This document shows positions 48,880 to 59,780 of a stretch of DNA of 64,000 bases, piece after piece. The position numbers and the translations under genes were made by a program. The DNA is from Candidatus Eiseniibacteriota bacterium (lineage in GTDB: Bacteria; Eisenbacteria; RBG-16-71-46; CAIMUX01; VGJL01). The notes below the pieces were generated by a model, which saw nothing but the letters and a program-made list of their open reading frames with translations, was not told where the DNA came from and did not search any database. The stretch lies in assembly GCA_963792585.1 (NCBI GenBank), contig CAWBWI010000005.1, positions 96,001 to 160,000 of the forward strand, read 5' to 3'. Every line of letters starts with the position of its first letter. Positions within the stretch are counted from its first letter, which is position 1.

Positions 48880-50854
48880 GTGAGAATCCGCGGGGCGCTC
48901 GTCCTGATCGGGATCGTCTTTGCGCTCCGCGTGATTGCGACCCTGCATCCCACACCCTGGTTGTGGGGGCTCGACGCTTTGGCCGATCGATCGGCCCTCC
49001 TCAAGATCGCCGGCCTAACGCTCTTCGCCCTGGCGCTCGTCCCCGCCGTGGGCGATCGGGTGATGCGGATCCTCGACGGGATCGGCGCCGGCATCCCGCG
49101 CCGGATCACGCTGGCGGCCGCCTGCGCCGCCGGGGTCCTGACTCCTCCTGCTGTTGCGTTCGAACAGCTTGCTCCTCGGGGATACGCAGACCTACGTATC
49201 GGCGATCGAGAAGGGGATTCGATCGGCGGGGGGAGCCCATCGGGAACCGCTTCCCCAGGCAATCCTGATCGGCGTCTACAAGCTCCTGGGTGCGCCGCTC
49301 GGCTGGGGGGCGGCCGGCACATTCACCGCCACGGGTCTGCTGCTGGGCGCCGCGAACTTCGCTCTGTCGGCGGCAATCGCCTCGCGGATCGCGGACAGAT
49401 CGCAGGATAGGATCTTCGCCTTCGCGCTCATCGCCGTCGGCGGAGGCATGCAGCTCTTCAGCGGCTACCCGGAGTACTACGGCTTCGTCGTCGTGGCCGC
49501 ATTGCTCTTCGCCCTTGCCGGCATCCATCGTTGCGACCGCGGTGGGAGTTTGATCCCGGCAACCCTCGCCTTCGTCCTGGCGGGGCTCTGCCATGCGCAA
49601 ATGATCTTCGCCCTTCCCGCCGTCGCGTTCCTGCTCGTGTCCGCCTGGCGGCGCGGGGAGCGCAAGAGCGCCGTCGGAATGCTGGTGCTCCTGCCGCTGA
49701 CAACGATCCTGGCCCTATGGGTATTGCGTTACCCCTTCGATGAAATCGCCCGCGAGGCGTCCCGCGCCGGCTCGCTGTTGCCGCCGTTCGCTAGGGCCAC
49801 CCCGCGCACGGCGTATGGCGTGTTCGCGCCTGCGCACATCATCGAGTTGCTGAACGTGGGAATCCTCATCTCGCCCGCCCTGCCCGCGGCCGTCGTGCTC
49901 GGCCTCCGCAACCCGGATCCACGGAGGGAGCGCGGGCCCTTCCTGGCACTGCTCGCTGCCGGACCGATCCTCTTCGCCATCCTGGCCAACCCGCAGCTCG
50001 GAATGGTCCGGGACTGGGACATCTTCGTCCTTCCGGTGACGCTTGCCGCCCTTTGGGTGGCCCCCCACGCGATCCACACCCTGCGCGGAGAGGGCGGCCG
50101 CGCGCTGGTCGGGACGATTCTCCTGAGCGGGCTCCTCCATGGCGCCTTCTGGCTGGGGGTGAACCACGCGTCCGCACCGTCGAGGGAGAGGATCCGACGG
50201 GTCGCCGGAACCGCCGCCCTGTTCGGACCTCAGAGCCGCGGCGAGGTCTGGCGCTACATCGGGTCGGCCGAGTTGATCGACGGATCGCGGGTCCGCGCGG
50301 CCGACAGCTACCGAAACGCGATCACCGCGGATCCCGACGAGAGGATGTGCTACCGGCTGCTTGCGGGGCTCGCAATCGACACGGCCGTGCGGGCAGGAGA
50401 AGGGCCGGCGGCCGGCATCGACGCATACCGGGCCAGGCTCGATGGAATCCCGCATCGGCCGGCCTACGCCCATTGGGGCGCCGCGATCGCGGCCTTCGCG
50501 GTCGGGAGCTACGACCTCGTGTTGCGGGAAGCGCGAGCCATGCTCTCCGCGGAACCGGAGCACCCTGAACTCCTCGCCACGATGGGAGACATCCTGCGCA
50601 CAGGCGGTCGCGACGCCGAGGCGCGCAGCCTCTACGAACGCGCCCTCGCGAAGGATCCGGACCTGCCGCGCGCGCGCATCGGGCTTGCCTGCCTCGCGGC
50701 CCTTCGCGGAGACTCCGAGGAATACGAGTCGGAGGTGCGGGAGGCGCTCCTGCGAACGCCGTGGGCGCCCCAGGCGCAACAGTTTGCGCAGACTGCCGGA
50801 CGTTCCCCGACGGCCAGCCCCGAGTCGTACCGCCGCTACTTCTACGTTCGCTGA
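48880..50854 (+). CDS. Polytopic membrane protein with C-terminal TPR-like repeats (probable frameshift near 49141)
   Basis: Many TM helices; LLGD, GYPEYY and RDWD motifs; helical TPR-like C-terminus. One extra base separates the two ORF-track fragments. Confidence 0.7.
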
Positions 50855-50902
50855 CCCCCCACAGCGGCGTAGGATCGAGGAGCGGAAGGAGGGAATCCCT
50901 CG

Positions 50903-51325
50903 ATGCAAACTCATACCCCGCTCCTGAGCATCGCCCTCATGCTCGCGTTCCTGGCGGGCTGCCATGCCGGCGGCGGCTCCAAAGGGCCGGGCTCTGGAGA
51001 CTCGCCCGACATCATCGGCACCTGGACGTGGACCGAATCCACCGGCGGGATTGCCGGGGCCACCAAGAACCCCGAGACCTCCGGCGAGAGCTGGTCGATC
51101 GAGTTCCGGAAGGACGGCACGTACAGCGAGGTGCGCAATGGAGAGGAACGCACCGGCCGCTACTCGATCGAGGAGCGTCCGAGCATATTCGATCACGAGC
51201 AGCGTCCGGCGCTGGTGATCGAGGGAAGTCTCGAGAGAATCATCTCGCGACCCGAATCGGACAAGCTGGTCCTGAACGACAACGTCTACGACGGATTCAA
51301 CAGCGTCTTCACCAAAGCGCGATAG
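50903..51325 (+). CDS. Small lipoprotein (lipocalin-like)
   Basis: Lipobox LAGC; IIGTWTW..STGGIAG motif. Confidence 0.75.
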   Translation: MQTHTPLLSIALMLAFLAGCHAGGGSKGPGSGDSPDIIGTWTWTESTGGIAGATKNPETSGESWSIEFRKDGTYSEVRNGEERTGRYSIEERPSIFDHEQRPALVIEGSLERIISRPESDKLVLNDNVYDGFNSVFTKAR

Positions 51326-51364
51326 CGCGCCGGCGGCCCCCGCGCCGCGAGAGGAAGGATCCCG

Positions 51365-52381
51365 ATGCAGATCCTCATCCTGGGAGGCACCCGTTTCATC
51401 GGACCCACCGCCGTTCACCGTCTCGTGGAGGACGGCCACAAGGTGACGGTCTTCCACCGCGGTCAGAGCCGCGCTCCGCTCCCCGCGAGCGTCCACCACA
51501 TGCTCGGCAACCGACGGAGTCTGTCCGATTTCGTTGAAGCCTTCCGGCGGCTCTCTCCCGATGTCGTCCTGGACATGCTCCCCGTCACGGAGCTCGACGC
51601 GAAATCGGTCATGAGGACCTTCAAGGGCATCACGCGCCGGCTCGTCGCGATCTCCAGCGCCGACGTCTACCGCGCCTACGGGCGGCTCGTCGGGACCGAG
51701 CCCGGAGAGCCCGATCCCGTTCCCATCACGGAAGACTCCCCCCTTCGCGAGAAGCTCTATCCCTTCCGCGGCAAGGGAGGGGTGATGGACGACTACGACA
51801 AGATCCTGGTGGAGCGCGTCGTGCTCGGGGACCCGGAGTTGCCTGGGACCATCCTCCGCCTGCCGATGGTCCACGGGCCGCGGGACACGCAGCACCGCCT
51901 TTTCCCGTTCCTCAAGCGGATGGACGACCGTCGCCCCGCGATCATCCTCGAGGAGGGACTGGCCCGCTGGCGCTGCGCGCGGTCGTACGTGGAAGACGTC
52001 GGTGCCGCGATCGCTCTCGCGGTGACCGACGACCGCGCGGCGGGGCGCGTCTACAACGTGGCCGAGCGGGGGGACGAGACCACATACGACTGGGTCAAGC
52101 GCATCGCCCGCGTCGTCGGTTGGCGCGGGGAGATCTTCGTCCTGACGAAGGAGGATGCGCCGGAGCACCTCTCCTGGGGAATCGAGACGACCCAGGACTT
52201 GCTCCTCGACTCGAACCGGATCCGCGAGGAGTTGGGATTCCAGGAGCCGACGGATCCGATCGATGCCATCGCGCGGACGATTGCGTGGGAGCGCGAGCAT
52301 CCCCCCGAGAAGATCGATCCGGCGCAATTCGACTACGCCAAGGAGACGGCCGCCGTCGCGCGGGCGCGACGGGCGGAGTAG
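51365..52381 (+). CDS. NAD-dependent epimerase/dehydratase family protein
   Basis: GGTRFIG, ISSADVY, Y-x-K, LRLPMVHGP motifs. Confidence 0.9.
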   Translation: MQILILGGTRFIGPTAVHRLVEDGHKVTVFHRGQSRAPLPASVHHMLGNRRSLSDFVEAFRRLSPDVVLDMLPVTELDAKSVMRTFKGITRRLVAISSADVYRAYGRLVGTEPGEPDPVPITEDSPLREKLYPFRGKGGVMDDYDKILVERVVLGDPELPGTILRLPMVHGPRDTQHRLFPFLKRMDDRRPAIILEEGLARWRCARSYVEDVGAAIALAVTDDRAAGRVYNVAERGDETTYDWVKRIARVVGWRGEIFVLTKEDAPEHLSWGIETTQDLLLDSNRIREELGFQEPTDPIDAIARTIAWEREHPPEKIDPAQFDYAKETAAVARARRAE

Positions 52382-52422
52382 GGCTCCCCTCCACTCGGCC
52401 GCCGCGCCCGCGCGCCCGGCGA

Positions 52423-53466
52423 CTATTGAATCTGCACGGAACCGGCCGTGAAGCCGGTCGCCTGCATCGGCCGGAACAGCCCGTCGCTCACCTCGCCGGC
52501 AACCGGCGTGACCGCGGCGGTGCCGGTCGCCCCGTCCTTGATCCGGAAACGAACATTCGCGATCGAGCCGCTGGTCATCGTGAACGCCCCGGTCGCTGTC
52601 GCCGCGAATACGACCCGCCCGCTCGACGGCTCCGCGAACTGGAACATCGGCAACCCGAGCCGCTCCTGGCGAACATCGATCATCTCCAGCTTCGTCGTGT
52701 TGTAGTCGACTGAAACGCTGTAGCCGGTCAGCGACGTGAGGGTCGTGGTCATCGCGATCGCGACGGAGACCGTCATGCCCGGCACTCCCGAAGCGGTTCC
52801 CGCGGCGATCGTGATCGTTCCCTCGTTCAGGGTGCGGTCGGTCGCCGTGTTCGAGGGGCTGGAGCTACCGTTCCCGTTGAACGCATAGACCCGGTAGGTG
52901 TACGACGTATTCGGCGCAAGTCCGGTGTGTAGGTAGCTCGTCGCATTGGCGGCCACTTCCCCGGCCTGAAGCCAGGATCCGTCCCCCTGCACCTCGATCC
53001 GGAAGCCCGTCTCGTCGCTCGAGGCGTCGGTCCAGCTCAACAGGATGGAGGTTGAAGACTGCGCGGCGGCGGCGAGGTCCGTCGGGGTTGCAGGACCCGC
53101 CTCCTCCGGCGGGGTCGTGACGCTCGCGATGTTGGAGTAGTCGGAGTTCCCATCCCCGTTGAACGCACGCACCCGGAACGAGTAGGGAGTATTCGGCGTC
53201 AGGCTGGAAACGCTGAAGACCGTGGCGTTCTCCCCGATCTGACCGATCTGGATCCAGCCGCTATTGGTCTGCCGTTCGATCCGGAAGCCGTCCTCGTCCG
53301 TCGACTCATCGATCCATTGGAGGCCGACGCTCACCGGTGAGGTCGCCGTCGCGATCAGGTTCGACGGCGCAGCGGGAGCCTTCCCGGGCTCCGTGCCACC
53401 CCCTCCCCCTCCGCATCCGACCGTCAGAAAACAGAGGATCGCCGCGAGCCCCAGAAGGCGGTTCAT
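52423..53466 (-). CDS. Lipoprotein with two FN3 domains and a C-terminal cohesin-like domain
   Basis: Lipobox TVGC; two FN3 repeats (W.D.S.DE.GFRIE...Y..RV.AFN..G.S..SN); C-terminal G.PG.TVSVAI...L.GYSVSVDYNTTKLE...G.IA.V.F.IK cohesin pattern. Confidence 0.75.
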   Translation of the reverse strand: MNRLLGLAAILCFLTVGCGGGGGGTEPGKAPAAPSNLIATATSPVSVGLQWIDESTDEDGFRIERQTNSGWIQIGQIGENATVFSVSSLTPNTPYSFRVRAFNGDGNSDYSNIASVTTPPEEAGPATPTDLAAAAQSSTSILLSWTDASSDETGFRIEVQGDGSWLQAGEVAANATSYLHTGLAPNTSYTYRVYAFNGNGSSSPSNTATDRTLNEGTITIAAGTASGVPGMTVSVAIAMTTTLTSLTGYSVSVDYNTTKLEMIDVRQERLGLPMFQFAEPSSGRVVFAATATGAFTMTSGSIANVRFRIKDGATGTAAVTPVAGEVSDGLFRPMQATGFTAGSVQIQ

Positions 53467-56400
53467 CGCACACCTCCCCGGGCTTCTGCCTGTTGAAGCA
53501 GGACAATCTTCATCCGATCCCGGTCGGGACCCGCGCGAAGAACCGCGAAGTAGATCCCGGTCGGCACGCGCGCTCCCGCGTCGTTCCTGCCGTCCCAGGC
53601 GATGTCGTGCCCGCCCGAAATCCAATGCCCTCCGGCGAGCGTTCGGACGCAGCGCCCGGACACGTCCCAGACCCGCAGGTCGATCTCCCCCTCACGGGGC
53701 AGGATGAACGAGAGGACCGTCCGCCCTACCGCGGGGTTCGGCCGCGGCGCGATCAATCCGAACGCGAGCGCGGGCTCGCTCGCGCCGCGGCGCGTTTGCA
53801 TCGGCCTCAGGCGTCCGTCGAGATCGACCCCGCGCGCCTTGAGCAGGCGCACGGCGTCCTCCCGGACGCCGGCGATCCGAATCCCTTGCGGATCGATGGC
53901 GAGCGCCGGGTAGGAAGCAGCGACGACCCTCCAGATGCCGGCGACAGCCGTCGCAAAGCAGTCCAACGGCCGGCCGTCGCTCCATGAAGCCGAGGGGGTC
54001 GCCCCGATGGGTGCGGCGAACTCGAAGGAGAGGCCGCGCAGGTCCCGTACTCCTCCGAGATCGATGTGCGCGACGTCGCCGACGGCCGATGCCGTCAGCA
54101 TCCCGGGGAGCGGCGCGCCATCGCCATTCAGGAAGCCGGTCGTTCGCGGACCGCCCAACTGCTTCCCGGGCGGGCCGCACTCGAGGGGGTCGCCGGTTCC
54201 GTAGGCGCGAGTGACCAGCGCGGCGTCGGAGACGTCGATTCTGCCGTTGCGGTTGATATCGATCAGGTCGGCGGAGAAACCGCTCTGGTTCCCGTCCACG
54301 AGCGCCTGCAGCATCACGGCCACGTCCGACAGATCGATCGCCCCCGAGTTGTTCAGGTCGCCGCATGCGACCAGTGTTCCGCTTCCCGACGCCGCCGCGG
54401 CCACCTCGTTCGACGCCACGCTCTCCCCCTGGTCGTAGACCGCGGTCACGATGTAGTGGTACGTCTGTCCCGGCTGCGCCTGCGCATCGAGGGCCGTGCG
54501 CGTCGCGGCGGAGACGTTTGCGATCCTGTTCGTGGGAGTGGTCTGCACGTTCGCCGAGGTCGAGCGGTAGATGTTGTAACCGACGAGCGCCGCCCCGCCC
54601 GTGAGCTTCTTCCCGGCCGCTGCGATTCCTTCGTTCGACCCAAGGAGTTGCGCTCGCCGCGTCGCGGCCCGCGCCGCATGCGCCACCTGCGCGTGACGCA
54701 CGCGCAGAGGCTCCAGGACGACCGGCCGCGCGATCCCATTCGACGCGAGAACATAGAGCGTGTAGGGGCCTGTCGTGAATTCCACATCGGAGTAGGCAAG
54801 GATCCGGACGTAGTAGGTGCCCTCCGCCGGCAGGATCGCGGCGAGGTACGGGTCCACGTTCGTCGGGTAGTCCTCGTCATCGGACCAGGCCAGCGGATCT
54901 TCTCCCAAAGTGAAGTTGTACAATTCCATGTAGGCATCGAGCAGTACGGGATCGGACGGCGCATCGACATCGAGAATGACCGATGTCCCGGCCGCCGCGT
55001 GGAAAGCAAACCAGTCCTGGTCACCGCTGGGACTGATATCGGCGAAGGTGGCGCTGTAGGACGACACCACGTCGGCGAGATCGGGTTCGTCGTTGAACTC
55101 GACCTCGCTGAAGAAGTCGACCGGGATCTCAATCATCTCCATGTCGATCCCGTTCACGTTTTGCCCCGGACCCACCATCACGGGATCTTCACGCCATCCG
55201 AACCAATCGCCCCGGTTGAACATCCCGTTCTCGTCGAGATCGAGGACGGCATAGGCGTCGTACGTTCCAGGGTCGACAGGGAGATGGTAGGCGCCGTTCG
55301 CCCCGGTGGGGGCGTCCGAGCCGGAGCCGGCGGCGTCTCCGTCGGCGTCCGAGGGAACGAAGATCGCGTAGGTCCCCGTCGTGCTGCCCGCATCCTCGCG
55401 CGTGATCGTGCCCGCGATCGAGGAGGTCGGGTGCTCGCCGTAGGGGGACAGGAGGATGTCGAGACCCTGCAGGCGAGCGTTCGCGGCGACGGTGATCGTG
55501 TCCTCCAGGCCGTCCCGGTTCGCATCGTAGACGCCGTACATGTCCCCGGTCGTGATCCGACCGTCTCCATCGAGATCGAGCAGGGCCGCGATTTCGTAGG
55601 TCCCTGCGGCGACATTGGCGAAAGCGTAGGACGATCCCCCCTCGGGAATCGCCGCGATCGCCTGAACCTGGGAGGAGCCGGACGGGAAGAGCCCGACCAT
55701 CGTCCCGTCGGGCGCGCCGCCGTCGGATCGTGAGATCGATCCGGAGAGGATCGCCGAGGAACCGCCGCCTGGGGCGTCATCGCCCGTTCCGGTTCCGGTT
55801 GGAGCATCCCAGCTGAGCGGCACCCCACCGCGCGCGCCGTTCTCGGCCGCCAGTCCGGCCGGTGCCGGCAGCCCCGCGGTGCCGGTGGATTCGTCGATCG
55901 TGACATCGATGTCGACGACGGAGAAGTTGTTGATCGTCACCGCATCGCCCGCGTCCGATTGCTGATTCCCGTTGCGGTCGTGATAGCCGTATGGCTCTCC
56001 CGCCTCATGATCCCCGTTCTTGTTCGCGTCTCCGAAGGCGAAGATGCGGTAGGAGCCGTTGGCGACCTCCGTCACGTAAGCGCCGGTCGTCGGATCGGGG
56101 ACCGTCGTCCCGAGGATCTGCGTGTTGGCGCCGTTCGTGACCACGACGCGGACGTCGGCCATCGGACCGCCCGAACGCGTGATCCGGCCGCTGATCTCTC
56201 CGCGGCCGGTCGGGTTCGAGTCCGCCGGCTGGCCGATGCCGACGGCGGCCCATGCGTTGCGGGCGTTCGCCTCGACGGACGGCGCGTCCGGGTAGAGTTG
56301 GCGCGCCGCCTGAATCGTCGCCTCGCGCGTGTCGGCAAACGAGGAACCGTTGGCCATGATCGCAGTCAACGCGTGGAACCAGACTCGCTCCAGGCGATCC

Positions 56401-57998
56401 CTTCCCTGCCCCACGACCGTGACGCCGTGGAAACTCCCCCCCTCGGCGAAGAGATAGGCGGCTTTGTTGGGGATTCCGCTGTTGGAATGCACTCCGCCGT
56501 TGTCGCGATCCTGGCTGTATGCGCGGTAGTCGTTCATGTGGGCGGGCTGGTCTCCCAGCGTCGGGTTCTCCATGCTTCGGAGGAACGGCCGGCCGAGGCC
56601 GGGACCGGCGATCGACTCTCCGATCGTCCAGTCGTCGCGGTCCACCAGAGCGCCGAACACGTCCGAGAACGACTCGTTGAGCGCCCCCGATTGATCTCGG
56701 TAGATCAGGCCGGCGGTTGCATCCGTGACGGCGTGGGTCAGTTCGTGGGCGGTCACATCGAGCGAGCCGGCGAGGGGGACGAAGATGTTGCCGTCACCCT
56801 GACCGAAGGCGATGAAGACGCCGTTCCAGAAGGCGTTGTTCACGAACCGCCCGTAGTTGACCACGACGTAGATGGAAGATCCCTTGTTGTCCCAGGAGTT
56901 CCAGTTGAAGGTGCTCCGATAGTAGTCGTAGGTCTGCGCCACGTGGAAGTGGCCGTCGACGGCATTGCGCAGGACGCTTCCTTGCGATCCCCGGAGGTTG
57001 CGGGTCGAGGAGACGATCACACGCGCGTTCTGGATCACCTGCTGCGGATCCTCGAGGGAAAGGCCGTCGTAGGTCTCGATCGCGGCGTCCGCCGCCATTT
57101 GCCCGCCGTTGGAGCCGCCCGCCCTTCGGGTGATGTCGACCATTGCGTACCCTTGCTGGGTCTGGAGTAGCTCGAGGGGAGACTTCAGATCCCCCAGCAC
57201 GCCGACACCGTCTCCGCTGACCGGGGTGTCGCTCTTCAGGTCGTCGTAGCGCAGGAGGATGCGGCCGTCGAGGGCGTCGATGAAGTACTCCCAGTTCGCT
57301 GTGCCGTCCGCCTCCGAGGCAACGTGGACGGGGACCCGCCAGACCAGCCGGGCGCCGTCGTCGAGCGGGAGGATCATCTTCTCCGGCTCCGCCGGCACCA
57401 GCGGATGCGCCGGTTCACGGCCGAAGTCCGCGAACGCGACCGCGCGGGCCTGGGCGGCGCTCAGCGTCGGCTCGGTCCCGATCGCACCCACGGGGGGAAG
57501 CACGCCGTTGACCCCGCTCACCCACCCCTCGTCTCCAATCCTCACGACGACCTGCCCGCCGAAGACACGCGCGCCGTTGACGGTCTGATCGCATCGGATG
57601 TGCGCAACGCCTTGACCGTCGATCAGGACCGAACGCGGCGAGAATCCGCGATTCTCTGCCGCAGCAAGACGCGCCAGGGGCTCGCCCGCTTCCTCGAGGA
57701 AGGAGACCGCTTGCGCGGCGAGGGGGTCGAGATCGAGCGCTGCGGTGCGAAACGCGAGGATGCCCTCGAGCCCACGCTTCGCCGGGACCGTCGTCTCGAC
57801 GATACGATCGGTGAAGAAGTGGGTCCTGGTTGCGTCCGCCCGGATCGTCCAGTCGGATACGCCGGAAAGCTGCAGGGGCTGGAGTTCGCTCGATTCCCCC
57901 ACTGCCCGGGCGTCATCCCCGAGTCCGGCGATCAGGATGGTGAACAGGACGGCGACAAGGGCACAGCGGGCGACGCTGGCGTGGACGTGGGTTGACAT
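53463..57998 (-). CDS. Multidomain thermolysin-family (M4) metalloprotease with PPC, FN3, dockerin-like and FlgD/T9SS-like domains
   Basis: Signal peptide, FTP/PepSY propeptide, NNAFW, HELTH, GALNESFSD, DNGGVHSNSG; EVEFND...GDQDWF PPC domain; GDLNNSGAIDLSD / DINRNGRIDVSD duplicated Ca-loop; PNP...WDGRND.G..V.TGIYF tail. Confidence 0.9.
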   Translation of the reverse strand: MSTHVHASVARCALVAVLFTILIAGLGDDARAVGESSELQPLQLSGVSDWTIRADATRTHFFTDRIVETTVPAKRGLEGILAFRTAALDLDPLAAQAVSFLEEAGEPLARLAAAENRGFSPRSVLIDGQGVAHIRCDQTVNGARVFGGQVVVRIGDEGWVSGVNGVLPPVGAIGTEPTLSAAQARAVAFADFGREPAHPLVPAEPEKMILPLDDGARLVWRVPVHVASEADGTANWEYFIDALDGRILLRYDDLKSDTPVSGDGVGVLGDLKSPLELLQTQQGYAMVDITRRAGGSNGGQMAADAAIETYDGLSLEDPQQVIQNARVIVSSTRNLRGSQGSVLRNAVDGHFHVAQTYDYYRSTFNWNSWDNKGSSIYVVVNYGRFVNNAFWNGVFIAFGQGDGNIFVPLAGSLDVTAHELTHAVTDATAGLIYRDQSGALNESFSDVFGALVDRDDWTIGESIAGPGLGRPFLRSMENPTLGDQPAHMNDYRAYSQDRDNGGVHSNSGIPNKAAYLFAEGGSFHGVTVVGQGRDRLERVWFHALTAIMANGSSFADTREATIQAARQLYPDAPSVEANARNAWAAVGIGQPADSNPTGRGEISGRITRSGGPMADVRVVVTNGANTQILGTTVPDPTTGAYVTEVANGSYRIFAFGDANKNGDHEAGEPYGYHDRNGNQQSDAGDAVTINNFSVVDIDVTIDESTGTAGLPAPAGLAAENGARGGVPLSWDAPTGTGTGDDAPGGGSSAILSGSISRSDGGAPDGTMVGLFPSGSSQVQAIAAIPEGGSSYAFANVAAGTYEIAALLDLDGDGRITTGDMYGVYDANRDGLEDTITVAANARLQGLDILLSPYGEHPTSSIAGTITREDAGSTTGTYAIFVPSDADGDAAGSGSDAPTGANGAYHLPVDPGTYDAYAVLDLDENGMFNRGDWFGWREDPVMVGPGQNVNGIDMEMIEIPVDFFSEVEFNDEPDLADVVSSYSATFADISPSGDQDWFAFHAAAGTSVILDVDAPSDPVLLDAYMELYNFTLGEDPLAWSDDEDYPTNVDPYLAAILPAEGTYYVRILAYSDVEFTTGPYTLYVLASNGIARPVVLEPLRVRHAQVAHAARAATRRAQLLGSNEGIAAAGKKLTGGAALVGYNIYRSTSANVQTTPTNRIANVSAATRTALDAQAQPGQTYHYIVTAVYDQGESVASNEVAAAASGSGTLVACGDLNNSGAIDLSDVAVMLQALVDGNQSGFSADLIDINRNGRIDVSDAALVTRAYGTGDPLECGPPGKQLGGPRTTGFLNGDGAPLPGMLTASAVGDVAHIDLGGVRDLRGLSFEFAAPIGATPSASWSDGRPLDCFATAVAGIWRVVAASYPALAIDPQGIRIAGVREDAVRLLKARGVDLDGRLRPMQTRRGASEPALAFGLIAPRPNPAVGRTVLSFILPREGEIDLRVWDVSGRCVRTLAGGHWISGGHDIAWDGRNDAGARVPTGIYFAVLRAGPDRDRMKIVLLQQAEARGGVR

Positions 57999-58191
57999 GA
58001 ATGGCCTCCTCCCCCCGTGAGATCGATCTCCGGAGAAACCATGCGGCGCGCAAACTCTATACCGCACAGCGCGCTCCGATCCAGGGGCAGAATCCACGGT
58101 CGCTCGATCGACGGCCTTGCCGCGCTCGGGCGGGACGGCCTAGGCTGACGGCTGGTTCCTGCGTCGCCGGTCGGCCGCGGAAGGGGGGACG

Positions 58192-59646
58192 ATGTTCCGT
58201 TCGACCCGCACCCGACACTGCGTTTGGACGAAAGGCTGCGCGGCCTTCCTGCTCGCGTTCGTCGTGGCGTTTGCGTCCGGCTGCGGGGGGGGCGGCGACT
58301 CTACCAAACCGACCTCGCCCCCGCCCGGAACCATCTCCGACCTCGTCGCCACCACGGTCGGGGCGACGTCGATCCGCCTGGCGTGGACCGCTCCCGGAGA
58401 GGACGGAAGCAGCGGAACCGCTTCCTCGTACGATGTCCGCTACGCGATCTCCCCCATTTCGGAAGCGAATTGGGCGGACGCCCAAACCGCCGAGGGGGCG
58501 CCCGATCCGGGCCCCGCGGGACACGCGGAGAGCTTCACGGTGACGGGACTGACCCCGGGCATCGAGATCTACTTCTCGATTCGCACGATCGACAAGGATG
58601 ACAACATGTCTCCCCCGTCCAACGAAGCGCGGGCTTGGACGCTTGCGAGCGCCGACGATGTGCACTGGGACCTCCGATTCGCCCCCCACCCGGACGGCAA
58701 AGGGATGAACGGCGCCGTCCGCGCGCTGGTGGAGTTCAACGGCGACCTGATTGCGGCCGGCGACTTCACCCAGGCGGGCGGACTCAATGTCGGGTCGATC
58801 GCACGCTGGGACGGTGCGGCGTGGCAGGAACTCGGGACCGGCTTGAACGGATCGGTGCGCGCGCTCGCCGTCTACCAAGGAAAGTTGATCGCGGGGGGCA
58901 CGTTCAGCCGGGCGGGGGGACGGACCTGCCTCTTCATCGCCGCCTGGGACGGCGTTTCCTGGGAAAATCTTCGGGGGGGCGTCAACGCCCCCGTCTCCGC
59001 GCTCGCCGTCGTCGGCTCGAGTCTCTACGCCGGGGGCGAGTTCACGGAGGTGGACGGGCAGGCATGCGGAAGGATCGCCCGGTGGAGCGCGGCGACATGG
59101 AGCCCCATCTCCCCCGGACTCGAGGGCCCGGTCCGCGCCTTTGCCGTCGACGGCGCCGATCTCTACGTCGGCGCGGACTTCTACGCAACGGGCGGGGCCC
59201 CCATGGGCCACGTCCTGCGCTGGAGCCAGGAAGCATGGCACGCAATCGGAGACGACATGGACGGTGAGGTGGACGCGCTCGCGGTGCACGCCGGAGCACT
59301 TGTCGCGGGCGGTGACTTCCTGCATGCGGGCGCCATCTCCGTCGCCCGGATCGCCCGTTGGACGGGCTCCTCTTGGAGTCCGTTCGGGGCGGGCGCCGAC
59401 GGCCGCGTCTCCGTATTGTCGAGCGCAGGAAACATCCTCGTTGCGGGTGGAGCGTTCGAGCGCATCGGCGAGATCGAATCCTCCTGCATCGCGCGCTGGG
59501 AAGACTCCGGATTCGGGCCGTTCGGTTCCGGATTCGATGGGAGCGTCTATGCCGTGGCGCCGGTCTCGGGAGGGATCGCGATCGGCGGGCTCTTTACGAT
59601 GGCGGGCGGCCGTCCATCGGCATTCATCGCCCGCTGGAACGATTGA
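58192..59646 (+). CDS. Lipoprotein with FN3 domain and beta-propeller repeats
   Basis: Lipobox ASGC; LAWTAPGEDG..GTA..YD.RY FN3 variant; about six repeats of (V.ALA...L.AGG.F...GG.....IARWDG..W). Confidence 0.8.
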   Translation: MFRSTRTRHCVWTKGCAAFLLAFVVAFASGCGGGGDSTKPTSPPPGTISDLVATTVGATSIRLAWTAPGEDGSSGTASSYDVRYAISPISEANWADAQTAEGAPDPGPAGHAESFTVTGLTPGIEIYFSIRTIDKDDNMSPPSNEARAWTLASADDVHWDLRFAPHPDGKGMNGAVRALVEFNGDLIAAGDFTQAGGLNVGSIARWDGAAWQELGTGLNGSVRALAVYQGKLIAGGTFSRAGGRTCLFIAAWDGVSWENLRGGVNAPVSALAVVGSSLYAGGEFTEVDGQACGRIARWSAATWSPISPGLEGPVRAFAVDGADLYVGADFYATGGAPMGHVLRWSQEAWHAIGDDMDGEVDALAVHAGALVAGGDFLHAGAISVARIARWTGSSWSPFGAGADGRVSVLSSAGNILVAGGAFERIGEIESSCIARWEDSGFGPFGSGFDGSVYAVAPVSGGIAIGGLFTMAGGRPSAFIARWND

Positions 59647-59780
59647 TCGAGGCCCCTTCGCGTAGCGGCTCCGGCCCCCTCGCCTCGATCCCCCGATTCC
59701 GTGTACGATAGGTGCGCGCGAGGTAGGGGCGTTCTCTCGGGAACCACGGTTCGCGAGCCACGTGATGGAGCGAAGGAGAT

